In this document: piece by piece, positions 1 to 8,402 of the stretch
Position numbering within the stretch: the stretch's first letter is position 1
Layout of the letters: every line of letters begins with the position of its first letter
From: a virus
Reading direction: 5' to 3' (one strand)
DNA length: 21,276 nucleotides
UHGV virus genome: UHGV-0185283
Notes under the pieces: model-generated
Seen by the model: only the letters and a program-made list of their open reading frames with translations
Databases searched by the model: none
Told to the model about the DNA's origin: nothing
Translations under genes and position numbers: made by a program

Positions 1-312
1 GACTTATCCATCGGACGAGGGAAGAATTCCACCTCAGAGACTCAAAAATCGATTAAATGATGTGGAAGCGATCGTCAATGTCACCTGTAACGATGAGCTT
101 TCTCATATGCACACCACAGTGTTCAGGAGACACGGAAAGGTACCAGGCGGCCTGCTAACGAGTGGTTTCTTCACTAATTAGGACGTAAAATCGGTAACGG
201 CTGGAAATCATTCAATACTCACACTATCGAAAGTACACCAGCCAACCGCGATACGTCCCTGCATACGACGTACCGCAGTTCTCTTTACGATTTATAGCTG
301 TACTGGTGAATT

Positions 313-642
313 ATGAGCAATCTGAATCCATGCATGACGTGTGGTGCCTGTTGTGCATTTTTCCGCGTCTCTTTTTACTGGGCCGAAGCCGACGATGCTG
401 GCGGTACCATTCCCGCCAGGCTTACTGAACAAATATCCCCTTTTCACCGATGCATGAGCGGTACTAATCAGAAAAATCCCCGATGTATTGCCCTTGCAGG
501 AACACCGGGCAAAAATGCCTGCTGCACGATATATAAAAATCGATCGTCCACATGCAGAGAATTCGCCATGTCTGGTGAGAACGGAGAAGTCAATGAGGCT
601 TGCAATCGTGCAAGAGCTAAATACGGGCTAACACCGTTATAA
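313..642 (+). CDS. ykgJ: YkgJ-like small Cys-rich (CxxCxxCC) putative zinc/iron-chelating protein; host chromosomal gene
   Basis: 109-aa ORF with N-terminal CxxCxxCC cluster ([10 protein letters not shown]) and further Cys pairs; recalled as matching E. coli YkgJ in length and sequence; intrinsic terminator immediately downstream. Confidence 0.7.
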   Translation: MSNLNPCMTCGACCAFFRVSFYWAEADDAGGTIPARLTEQISPFHRCMSGTNQKNPRCIALAGTPGKNACCTIYKNRSSTCREFAMSGENGEVNEACNRARAKYGLTPL

Positions 643-664
643 ATATACAATAATTAATTGCATT

Positions 665-698
665 GCCCCGCCAGCTGTAATAGCGGGGCTTCGTTTTT
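665..698 (+). terminator. Rho-independent terminator downstream of ykgJ
   Basis: 7-bp GC stem GCCCCGC/GCGGGGC (665-671 / 683-689) with 11-nt loop, followed by TTCGTTTTT. Confidence 0.45.
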
Positions 699-848
699 CA
701 GGGACAACAAAACCTGAAACTTCTTCCATTTTCCAGCAACAATGCCTCTTCTTCTGTAGCGTTCTCCGGACCTACATCATCCTGAAGTAGCGCGATATGA
801 TCACTTACTGTCCGCATCAGAATATGAAAAGCAACGTTTTTAACCTAT

Positions 849-877
849 AAAAATGGCGCTATATTTGCGCCATTTTT
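849..877 (-). terminator. Perfect 11-bp palindrome, probable terminator of yagU (potentially bidirectional)
   Basis: AAAAATGGCGC-tatattt-GCGCCATTTTT; GC core flanked by A/T runs on both sides, 14 nt downstream of the yagU stop. Confidence 0.45.
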
Positions 878-890
878 ATCATTCAAAGCA

Positions 891-1505
891 TTATCTATTT
901 GAGCCTAAAGGGATCTCAGGGTCTGGCTCATGGGTAATTCTGTTTCGTAAATCTCTGCGAATAATTTCAATAGACCAGAACCAGACTAAATGTCCAAAAA
1001 TTTCAGAGACATTCTCATACCACGGAAGATCAAAGAGAGGTGGCGTAAGTCCCATGAGAGGGAATGAAATCATATGAACAAAAAGTTGTGCTAAAGCACC
1101 TGCCAGTAAGCCCTGCCAAAGTTTAATTTTCGGAAATACTTCGGCGACCACACAGTAACCAACGGCAAAAACTATCGAAAAGATTATGTGCGTTACACCA
1201 ACCCAGTTAAAGACATGCCCGGCGAAGGTATAAACAGCCGAATTTGGATCTGTCAGTCCCAACCAGTCTCGAAGAAAAATGTACGGAGGATTGAGAAAGT
1301 TACGGGAGCAATCAATTTGGCCTGCAGCCCTGATTAATGATTCCGGACCACACGCTGCATTAAACATATCAACCGGACTACGTGGTGGCAATGGAACTTC
1401 TGCCCCCCACTTAACAAATGCGGAAACAACGCCAGCAATCAGCCCAATGAATGCAGCAAGACCATAACGTCTGCGGTTTGGTGGAGTTTGTTCAAATATA
1501 TTCAT
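891..1505 (-). CDS. yagU: YagU-like inner-membrane protein (DUF1440 family); host chromosomal gene
   Basis: 204-aa ORF with several hydrophobic segments; N-terminus [25 protein letters not shown] recalled as E. coli YagU; convergent with ykgJ as in E. coli. Confidence 0.7.
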   Translation of the reverse strand: MNIFEQTPPNRRRYGLAAFIGLIAGVVSAFVKWGAEVPLPPRSPVDMFNAACGPESLIRAAGQIDCSRNFLNPPYIFLRDWLGLTDPNSAVYTFAGHVFNWVGVTHIIFSIVFAVGYCVVAEVFPKIKLWQGLLAGALAQLFVHMISFPLMGLTPPLFDLPWYENVSEIFGHLVWFWSIEIIRRDLRNRITHEPDPEIPLGSNR

Positions 1506-1712
1506 ATCTACCCTGCTTGTACCATTATGTTATACACCTCTTCAGGAGTATTCATAAAACAAGGCAAATGTAAAGAACTGTATTGTTTTGTATAACCACA
1601 TGGTTACCTAATCGCCAATTAATATAAGCTCCATTATTTCTCCATATTTTTATGTTAGAAGTGACAAGGAGAAATGTAATGTTTCTCTCAGAGAATATAA
1701 ATCATTCCTTTT

Positions 1713-1737
1713 GCCCACCTTAATGGTGGGCTTTTTT
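1713..1737 (+). terminator. Strong intrinsic terminator in the host intergenic region, overlapping the stop of a 14-codon ORF
   Basis: Stem GCCCACC/GGTGGGC (1713-1719 / 1725-1731), loop TTAAT, then TTTTTT (1732-1737). Confidence 0.5.
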
Positions 1738-2125
1738 ATGCAAAACCTGAACGTCCTGTGGTATTCCTCTGGCATAATAATTTTCGCGATTAACCAACAA
1801 CCAGACCAGCAAAGACGCCACCACAAGCACAGCAACATCCATCAGGCTTGCCACACCCCATACGTGCGGCTCAAAGCCGCCATGGCATATTAATCCGCTT
1901 GCCATTTTCGAACAGCTGATTGGTTTAGTCCGGTGTTTCCCTGCTTGCACTTAAAAATGAGCGGATGGGAAACTCTCGAAATGGTTCGTCGATATGCTCA
2001 CCTCGCACCTAATCACCTTACCGAACACGCACGGTAAATAGATTCGATCCTGAACCCATCGGTCCCAAATCTGTCCCAATAAAAAATAAGGAAGGTATTA
2101 GTAATGTGTAACTTATTGATTTAAA

Positions 2126-2173
2126 TGGTGCCGATAAGAGGAGTCGAACCTCCGACCTTCGCATTACGAATCT
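2126..2173 (-). other. 3' fragment of a tRNA gene (tRNA-Thr-like, anticodon CGT), probable prophage attR core
   Basis: Minus strand reads ...ATTCGTAATGCGAAGGTCGGAGGTTCGACTCCTCTTATCGGCACCA: T-arm GGTTCGACTCC, 3' acceptor strand and CCA present, but no matching 5' acceptor strand or D-arm upstream, so not a functional tRNA. The fragment's 3' end faces the host side, away from the phage genes. Confidence 0.55.
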
Positions 2174-2337
2174 GTAGCACCAATCATAACTATCTGTTTT
2201 AGCAAGCATTAACCGCATTCACTAAGCTATAGTTGATGGCACAAACAGAAAGTTGATGCATGATGTTGCCATATATATGTCACAAATACGGCACAACGAT
2301 CTTCAAACATATAGCCACACATTCACAGAAGAGCACA

Positions 2338-2365
2338 AAGCCTTGCAATCCAGTGCAAAGCTTTG
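2338..2365 (-). terminator. Hairpin downstream of the acyltransferase gene (possible terminator or RNA-stabilising element)
   Basis: AAAGCCTTGCA-atccag-TGCAAAGCTTT, 11-bp arms with one mismatch, about 30 nt past the acyltransferase stop; no clean U-tract. Confidence 0.3.
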
Positions 2366-2396
2366 TTTGTCTCAGTTTTGCTTCACTTCCTAGGCT

Positions 2397-3521
2397 CTAC
2401 TTTAGTCGCAATTTTTCGATCAGCTTTTTCCCTATGATGACGCTTGGTTTCTCTATATAATTAAACATGATTAGTGAAAGAAAGTATGCAGACATAAGAT
2501 CAGTTAGGAACTTTGCCCATCCTGGATTTTTAGGATACCACGGTATATCCGAACCATATTTTGCAAAAAATAATCCGACAGGAATATGTATTAGATAAAT
2601 AGAGTAAGACAGATCACCAAGATGGCAAAGAAATCTAGGAAAACCGATATCATGCCGACTCTCTATAATAACAAGGCCAACAAAAAGAAATGAAGCAATC
2701 ATCCCCCCATTCATAACACCGTGACCTGACTTATACTGAGTCAACAATGCTGACAATGAATAGATGACAAAAGAAACAGCAATTATTCCAATTGTATTTT
2801 TTTTGTAACTATCTTTTCTTATTGCAATATACGCTTCTGCAAGCAAAACACCTATAATAAAATCAAACACTATAGGGTTGATTATAAATTTAGCGTGGTC
2901 TATTAATCTTTTTGTTTCACCTACTGAAACAGTATAGGGGTCAAGAGTTATTACTCCAGAGAAAATCAACTGCCCAAAAATAACAACAGATGTTATGGTA
3001 ACTACAGTTAAAAGTGCTCTATACTTATGACTTACCATTAGACACATCATAAATACAAAGTAAAAATAAACCTCATATATCAATGTCCAGGAGGGATACA
3101 ATAACCCATAGCCATAAAACGGGCCTTGCTGACTCATATCAGAAGTTATAAACAGGTATGATTTCAAGATATCTTTCCAGTCAAACCATGTTTGAGGGAA
3201 TGACATTATTGAGAAGTCAAAAAATACACCCATCAGCAATAAAGATAATGCAATTAAATATACTGGGTAAATCCTGAACAATCTTTTTATAAAGAAAGCA
3301 ATAGGCGTATTTTCAATTCTATTTTTAGTTGAATAAACAATGATAAATCCACTAATTATAAAAAATAAATCTACGCCAAAAGCGCCATTCATGAAGAGGA
3401 GATCACCAAGATTTGCCTGAGCATACACTCCATTCAGGCTGGTACGGTAGTGGAAACCAACCACCATAAGAGCCGCAATGCCTCGCATAACCTGAATGGA
3501 GTTTAGTTTTAGTTGAGCCAT
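2397..3521 (-). CDS. Integral-membrane acyltransferase, acyltransferase-3 (OafA/Oac-like) family; putative O-antigen acetyltransferase for lysogenic conversion
   Basis: 374-aa polytopic hydrophobic protein; N-terminus MAQLKLNSIQVMRGIAALMVVGFHY is typical of the acyltransferase-3 family; no C-terminal SGNH domain; very AT-rich; sits tailspike-proximal at the prophage end as oac does in Sf6. Confidence 0.75.
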   Translation of the reverse strand: MAQLKLNSIQVMRGIAALMVVGFHYRTSLNGVYAQANLGDLLFMNGAFGVDLFFIISGFIIVYSTKNRIENTPIAFFIKRLFRIYPVYLIALSLLLMGVFFDFSIMSFPQTWFDWKDILKSYLFITSDMSQQGPFYGYGLLYPSWTLIYEVYFYFVFMMCLMVSHKYRALLTVVTITSVVIFGQLIFSGVITLDPYTVSVGETKRLIDHAKFIINPIVFDFIIGVLLAEAYIAIRKDSYKKNTIGIIAVSFVIYSLSALLTQYKSGHGVMNGGMIASFLFVGLVIIESRHDIGFPRFLCHLGDLSYSIYLIHIPVGLFFAKYGSDIPWYPKNPGWAKFLTDLMSAYFLSLIMFNYIEKPSVIIGKKLIEKLRLK

Positions 3522-3550
3522 TTTCGTCTAGTTCATCAGTTTTTTCAGCA

Positions 3551-3578
3551 AATATAACACACATCAAAACTGAATCAA
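3551..3578 (-). promoter_or_regulatory. Candidate sigma70 promoter for the acyltransferase gene
   Basis: Minus strand TTGATT (-35), 16-nt spacer, TGT-TATATT (extended -10), about 30 nt upstream of the ATG at 3521, in the 102-bp gap after the tailspike stop. Confidence 0.3.
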
Positions 3579-3623
3579 TAGCATTGACATTATAAAAATG
3601 GCTGCATTTTTATGATTAATACA

Positions 3624-5933
3624 CTAAATAGCAGCAATTATAAAGCATAATAATTCATCATACCTGATGCTATATCTGCTTCCAGATGCAATATATGGTT
3701 GTTTGACTGTTAATGTTCCATGTTCATCTCTTTCTACAATCTCAGGAGATTCATCCCATTCATCATAACAAAACAGCGCGTAAGAATGAGGGTCTAGATT
3801 TTCCGATAAGAATGCATCTCTTACATCTTGAGCAATCACACCAATATGAATCCTTGCATTATTTCCTTTTTTTAACACAGAGTCATTTAACTTATATTTT
3901 TTTAGTAACCGTTTTATTTTTAAAGCCACACGTTTCTCAGCATCATCAAGCCACTCCTCCTGTTGCTTTAAGCATTTGTCAGATGAAACAATAGGTGATA
4001 CGGTGAAATAACTTGAATTTATTCTCCTGCTTGCAGCTCCAAAATCCTGTGTGCCATCAGTACCGGGTGATAAATAACCGCGAGTAGTCATCTCCCATGA
4101 CTGACCGAGTACGTCGGAGTTATTGATCTTCAGGTTATTAAAAGAAAGATTGGCAGATGCACCTGCGCCATCATAAGCAATAAGATTCGAACTTATCGAT
4201 GCAGCTATAAAGTTAACCCCGGTATCATAAGAGAATCTGTATTCCGGCCCAGATGCAAGCTGCGGATTACCTGCCCTTAACTCATGAAAGTTTTCCCTGA
4301 TACCGAACGCGGTGATGTTCGACTCTAACCCACCTGTTATTGCACGTTCTGACAATTTCGTTGGAGCATACGATCCTCCTAACGTTATAAGATCATTATC
4401 TGATTCAAACACGGAATAACAAGCTGCTTGATATACATGTTGAGTACCAGCATTAGGTTTGTAGTTGGTGTTGTTTTTTATCACACCACCTTCAATTACA
4501 GTAGCCTGTATAAACTTCCCTGCCTTTAAACCATAGCAGATGTTGTTTTCTATTTTTAACCCTGAAATACCAGATACACATATGAAATGGTTTGCTGGAT
4601 TTGTGGCCACGTTATTTGTGATAGTAACAATAGGTACGTATCCGCGCCCCTCATAGTCTTTGTTATACAGCAAAGAATACGGAGTACCAAGGCAATCATT
4701 GACTTTATTACTATCAATAAGCCGGTTTCCGCCACCGGTACCAAGACCAAAAAGAATACCACTATTCACACTTCCATCATGTGTTGTGTTAATTATATCT
4801 CCCGCAGATGATTCAACCCCATTATAGGAAACGTTAGTATAACAATCACGGATTACTATATTAAACATTGCGCTATAAACGTTCATGTTTAGCGCATTAA
4901 ATCGTGCGTTAGTACTGGTTACGCTATCGAATAACGCATCACGGTTGTTGGCGTTACGAGAGAACCAGTATACTTGCTCACCTTCAAATCCGTCTATGTG
5001 AACGCCTTTAACTGTAAAGCGAGAGCAGTTCCATGCAGCTATACCCTTCCGGTTTACCTGGTTAACCAGATCGCTATTGTTTGGAGTTCCTGACCAGTAT
5101 CCTTGTATTCTACCATTACCAGTTACTGAGTAGCAGAATCCATCGTTGCCTGCGAATACAACACCGCCGAACTCGATAAATCCTCGTTCATCCCCAGACT
5201 GCGTTCCAGCGGCAGTGTTAGGCCATCCTGATTTTGCAGGTGCAGGCACCATTCCAGTGCATTCAACCAATCCGTTAACAATCCAATGGACGTTATTTAC
5301 TCCGTATGCAGTGAATCGACCATTGGATTTAATGACTCCACCATTCTCTACGAGAATAATCCTGTCTCCCGGGATTGTGATATCAACATTACCGATGATT
5401 TCAATCGTTGTTCCAGATGGAATTCTTACACTACCTGAATTCACCGCAGCCTGAAATGTTTGTGCGTCGGTGTATCCTGGCTCTCTGAACTCTTCGATAG
5501 TTCTTATTGTAGTGTGTAGGAATTGGGTTAAATCGTCATAACCAGGGTATCCTATATAATCTGCCCCATTGCCAGAAGAAAGTCTCCGTTCTAACTGATC
5601 AGGGTCATACTTCAGCACGTTTGGGAAATAGAACTGCTGCACCCCATAAGCATCGTAAACAGCCATCGAATGACCTTGCACGGTAACGAATTTGGCAATC
5701 TGTCCGTTATATACAGGATATCCAGCAGCGTTAATGATGATTGGCTGCGAAACAGGAACGTGAGAGCCGTCTTCGTTCTCCACATAAACCTGAATCTGGT
5801 TTTCAGGATTTACAGGGTCAGTATCAATTTTACCGATATAAATTTTGCCATTGGCTACAGCTTTAAAAGAACGCGCCATAGTGAAGAGTTGCGAAGGCAT
5901 GCTTACCACAACATTTGCGGTGATATCTGACAT
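3624..5933 (-). CDS. Tailspike protein: P22 gp9-like N-terminal head-binding domain, divergent central beta-helix-type receptor-binding domain, C-terminal intramolecular-chaperone (peptidase S74-like) domain
   Basis: Residues 1-100 from [13 protein letters not shown]...NVLKYDPDQ are near-identical to the remembered P22 tailspike N-terminus. The central region is Gly/Asn/Ser/Thr-rich and does not resemble P22 endorhamnosidase. The C-terminal ~120 aa ([20 protein letters not shown]...[14 protein letters not shown]) resemble autocleaving chaperone domains. Start placed at the internal Met matching P22, with GGAG 7 nt upstream. Confidence 0.85.
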   Translation of the reverse strand: MSDITANVVVSMPSQLFTMARSFKAVANGKIYIGKIDTDPVNPENQIQVYVENEDGSHVPVSQPIIINAAGYPVYNGQIAKFVTVQGHSMAVYDAYGVQQFYFPNVLKYDPDQLERRLSSGNGADYIGYPGYDDLTQFLHTTIRTIEEFREPGYTDAQTFQAAVNSGSVRIPSGTTIEIIGNVDITIPGDRIILVENGGVIKSNGRFTAYGVNNVHWIVNGLVECTGMVPAPAKSGWPNTAAGTQSGDERGFIEFGGVVFAGNDGFCYSVTGNGRIQGYWSGTPNNSDLVNQVNRKGIAAWNCSRFTVKGVHIDGFEGEQVYWFSRNANNRDALFDSVTSTNARFNALNMNVYSAMFNIVIRDCYTNVSYNGVESSAGDIINTTHDGSVNSGILFGLGTGGGNRLIDSNKVNDCLGTPYSLLYNKDYEGRGYVPIVTITNNVATNPANHFICVSGISGLKIENNICYGLKAGKFIQATVIEGGVIKNNTNYKPNAGTQHVYQAACYSVFESDNDLITLGGSYAPTKLSERAITGGLESNITAFGIRENFHELRAGNPQLASGPEYRFSYDTGVNFIAASISSNLIAYDGAGASANLSFNNLKINNSDVLGQSWEMTTRGYLSPGTDGTQDFGAASRRINSSYFTVSPIVSSDKCLKQQEEWLDDAEKRVALKIKRLLKKYKLNDSVLKKGNNARIHIGVIAQDVRDAFLSENLDPHSYALFCYDEWDESPEIVERDEHGTLTVKQPYIASGSRYSIRYDELLCFIIAAI

Positions 5934-6054
5934 TTCATTGCTCCAGACGAATGATATGATGCAACCATGATGTGATTGCATACCGAAATGGTACTATTGA
6001 GTATTTATCCAGTAGGTTACGATGCCATTCCACCCAACTGGTGAGGCATCAAGG

Positions 6055-6315
6055 ATGTACAGCAAATACGACGAGGCGCAGTTTCACTTGAGACTTCCGC
6101 ATGAACTCCACGCGAAAATTAAGCAGCGTGCGAAGATGAATAACAGGTCGCTGAACTCAGAGATAATTGCAGCGATTGAAGAATCATTGGCTAAACAAAG
6201 CTCTGCATCAGTTTACATTGACGATGCAGAGCGTATGGCAGAACAACAATCTGATATGGTTAAGAAAATTGTCTTTGATACGCTCAAAGAGCTATATAAA
6301 AAAGACAGCAGCTAA
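6055..6315 (+). CDS. mnt: Mnt-like ribbon-helix-helix (Arc/MetJ family) repressor
   Basis: C-terminal two-thirds aligns with remembered P22 Mnt (NNRSLNSEII..., AERMAEQQSDMVKKIVFDTLKELYKK versus AERLADEQSELVKKMVFDTLKDLYKK); the N-terminal beta-strand residues differ. Divergent from the tailspike; start chosen at MYSKYDE with GAGG upstream (ORF-track start 6022 is an alternative). Confidence 0.7.
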   Translation: MYSKYDEAQFHLRLPHELHAKIKQRAKMNNRSLNSEIIAAIEESLAKQSSASVYIDDAERMAEQQSDMVKKIVFDTLKELYKKDSS

Positions 6316-6335
6316 CCATCAGTTACGGAGGATTT

Positions 6336-6413
6336 ATGCAAAGAGATATGCTGAATATTGCGTTCTACATATTTGGTTTTTGCACGTTCCTGGTGTTTGC
6401 GAAGCTATTCTGA
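6336..6413 (+). CDS. Hypothetical 25-aa hydrophobic peptide downstream of mnt
   Basis: GGAGG 4 nt upstream of ATG; MQRDMLNIAFYIFGFCTFLVFAKLF has one predicted transmembrane helix; its 3' end overlaps the gp16-like gene on the opposite strand. Below the 60-aa ORF-track cutoff. Confidence 0.3.
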   Translation: MQRDMLNIAFYIFGFCTFLVFAKLF

Positions 6414-8402
6414 CAACGCATCAGACTTGGCACCCTGAGTCAGGGCGTTAATGGCCTTTTGCGCCTGCTGCATGGCTTTCTCAAACGCTGTTGATCCGCG
6501 TGGGGTGTTTGCCATTCGGAGCATTGCATTTCTGAATGGTTCGCTCTCATAGGCGCGAGTAAGAAGTCCGTAGCTTACTGCTGCGCCAGTTGTCGCCGGG
6601 TTCATTGCCGTCCCATACCCGATAATGAACGGGATGGTTTGCTGCCCTGTTGGTGTTGTTACTGCCGCTTTTGCTGCCTGCTGAGTGGACTGAAGGTAAT
6701 TTTTCAATCCTTTCAGATAAGCAGCGTCCTGCCCCTTAAATGTGATGCCAGTCTGGTTTTGCAGGATGTTAAGCTGCCGAAGGAACTGGTCAGGGGATCC
6801 GCCAGATTTCTCCATCGCCTTTCCAATGATGCCATTGCGCATTTGCACCCTGCCAACACGACCAACTGAGTTATACAGCGTCTTAATTTCCGATTTGTTC
6901 TTGCTGAATAGCATGTTGTTGACAACTTCCGGCGTCAGGTCGCCTTTCATGAGAACATTCTTCAGCCTGGTATTCTTTAGTTTCGCCGCTTCGTCAGCGT
7001 AGACGGCATTGGCCTGCTGATATTTACGGAGAGTATCGTTGCCAAGATTCTGACCAATGGCACCATTGATATCGTCGGTCATCGCCTTGTAAACGCGCTG
7101 AATGGCAGCATCGGAACGGTTTGGTAACACTGGTCGCTCACCCTTCACGTCCATTCTGAACTGACTGCGCAGGTCGCTTAATTGCTTCAAATCCAGATTT
7201 ACCGGACCATCAGGGCCAGCATTGCGAACAAGCTCATCACGATATGACTGAAGTTTTGAAATTGTCTCGTTATCAGCCACCTTACCAAGCTTCTGCAGGT
7301 TAGATATTTCTGTATCAATCTGCTGAATTGCTCGCGCAGGCTGAATGTTTACTCCAGCCATAGCATTCTGAACCTGCTCCAGTCGATTACCGGCGGCACG
7401 ACGAATTCCTGATGTTTTCGCTTTAAGGCTGTCAATAACAACCGCTGGATCATACTCCCCGAATTTATCAGCAAATCTCTGCACCAACTGGCTTCTCGCT
7501 TCCTGTTGCGTTGCTCTCATTCCGCTTGTTCCAGCCAGAGGGATATTTTCTGCTGTAGTCTGCGCCATTTTTCCGACGCGGGAAGTAGGTTGTAACAGGT
7601 CTGTGGTGTGCAGAGGCACTCCTTCACGCTCTGCAAATCTGATAGCCTGCTGCGCTTCTGGCGCAATAGCACCACGAACGCCACGATAAGCAGCACCTAA
7701 TCCACGTCCAGCAGCGTTAATAGCGCCGCCTGCCAGAACTCCAACACCTAAATCGGTAGCGAGTGCTTCCGCATCATCTTTCGCACTATTTGCAGCAAGT
7801 GATCCAACTGCGTTTTCTGCTAGAAGGCGAGTTGCCCCATGAGCAATTCGACCAGCAAGTGTTGGTGCCTGTACCGCCGCTCTCTCAACGCCAGCAGGAG
7901 TGAGGTAAGGCAATGCTTCAGCAAATACCCTTCCCTCTGTCGTTTGTGGAGTCAGCGCACCTTGCTGAAGGCCAAAGTCCTGCTCTAATCCCTGCGTTGT
8001 TACTCGTGGTGCTGGTTGATATGTACCATCGCCAATGCCGAGTTTACCGCCAGCCCAAGCCGCCGCGCTTGTTACAGCATCGGCAACTGATGCAGGTATG
8101 TTTGCCACGTTCACGCCAGCCTGCACCAGTCCGCGACCAGTTTCTTTCACGGCTTCACCAAGATCAGACATAAATCCACTTTGCTGTGGTTGTTGCTGTG
8201 CTACTGGTTGTTGTGTCTCCACTGGATGCACAGATGGCAATGGATAGGCAGCATAGAAAGCTTGCTTAGCCTGCTCTGCATTTTCTCCGGCTTTCGGGGC
8301 CACGACTTCATTGAAGTATTGCTCCTGAGCCTGCGCTTTTTGTTCTGGTGCTAACGCCTGATACTGTGGAGAGGCGATAACATCTTTCCATGCTTTAGCC
8401 AT
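6405..8402 (-). CDS. Ejection (E) protein, P22 gp16-like
   Basis: 665-aa Ala/Gly/Gln-rich protein in the last position of the gp7-gp20-gp16 block; start overlaps the upstream stop (ATGA). Confidence 0.65.
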   Translation of the reverse strand: MAKAWKDVIASPQYQALAPEQKAQAQEQYFNEVVAPKAGENAEQAKQAFYAAYPLPSVHPVETQQPVAQQQPQQSGFMSDLGEAVKETGRGLVQAGVNVANIPASVADAVTSAAAWAGGKLGIGDGTYQPAPRVTTQGLEQDFGLQQGALTPQTTEGRVFAEALPYLTPAGVERAAVQAPTLAGRIAHGATRLLAENAVGSLAANSAKDDAEALATDLGVGVLAGGAINAAGRGLGAAYRGVRGAIAPEAQQAIRFAEREGVPLHTTDLLQPTSRVGKMAQTTAENIPLAGTSGMRATQQEARSQLVQRFADKFGEYDPAVVIDSLKAKTSGIRRAAGNRLEQVQNAMAGVNIQPARAIQQIDTEISNLQKLGKVADNETISKLQSYRDELVRNAGPDGPVNLDLKQLSDLRSQFRMDVKGERPVLPNRSDAAIQRVYKAMTDDINGAIGQNLGNDTLRKYQQANAVYADEAAKLKNTRLKNVLMKGDLTPEVVNNMLFSKNKSEIKTLYNSVGRVGRVQMRNGIIGKAMEKSGGSPDQFLRQLNILQNQTGITFKGQDAAYLKGLKNYLQSTQQAAKAAVTTPTGQQTIPFIIGYGTAMNPATTGAAVSYGLLTRAYESEPFRNAMLRMANTPRGSTAFEKAMQQAQKAINALTQGAKSDALSE

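Noticed and set aside
1-60. Plus-strand reading frame running off the left edge (…DLSIGRGKNSTSETQKSIK, stop at 58-60)
   Set aside because: Only 19 codons are visible and nothing identifies the protein; could be the 3' end of an upstream host gene but is not supportable from this window.
853-1077. 74-aa plus-strand ORF
   Set aside because: Starts inside the yagU terminator palindrome and runs antisense to the 3' end of yagU; no RBS.
1738-1893. 51-aa plus-strand ORF starting right after the 1713-1737 terminator (MQNLNVLWYSS...)
   Set aside because: The ATG is embedded in the terminator U-tract with no Shine-Dalgarno; more likely non-coding.
2126-2205. Possibility of a complete tRNA gene
   Set aside because: Only the anticodon-arm remnant, T-arm and acceptor 3' strand are present; the sequence upstream on the minus strand cannot pair with the acceptor 3' strand and has no D-arm.
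2018-2218. 66-aa minus-strand ORF
   Set aside because: Overlaps the tRNA 3' fragment / att core and the AT-rich prophage end; no RBS; most likely spurious.
5934-5981. 16-codon N-terminal extension of the tailspike ORF ([16 protein letters not shown])
   Set aside because: The internal Met gives an N-terminus ([10 protein letters not shown]) matching P22 gp9 and has GGAG at proper spacing; the upstream ATG has no RBS and lies in the divergent regulatory region.
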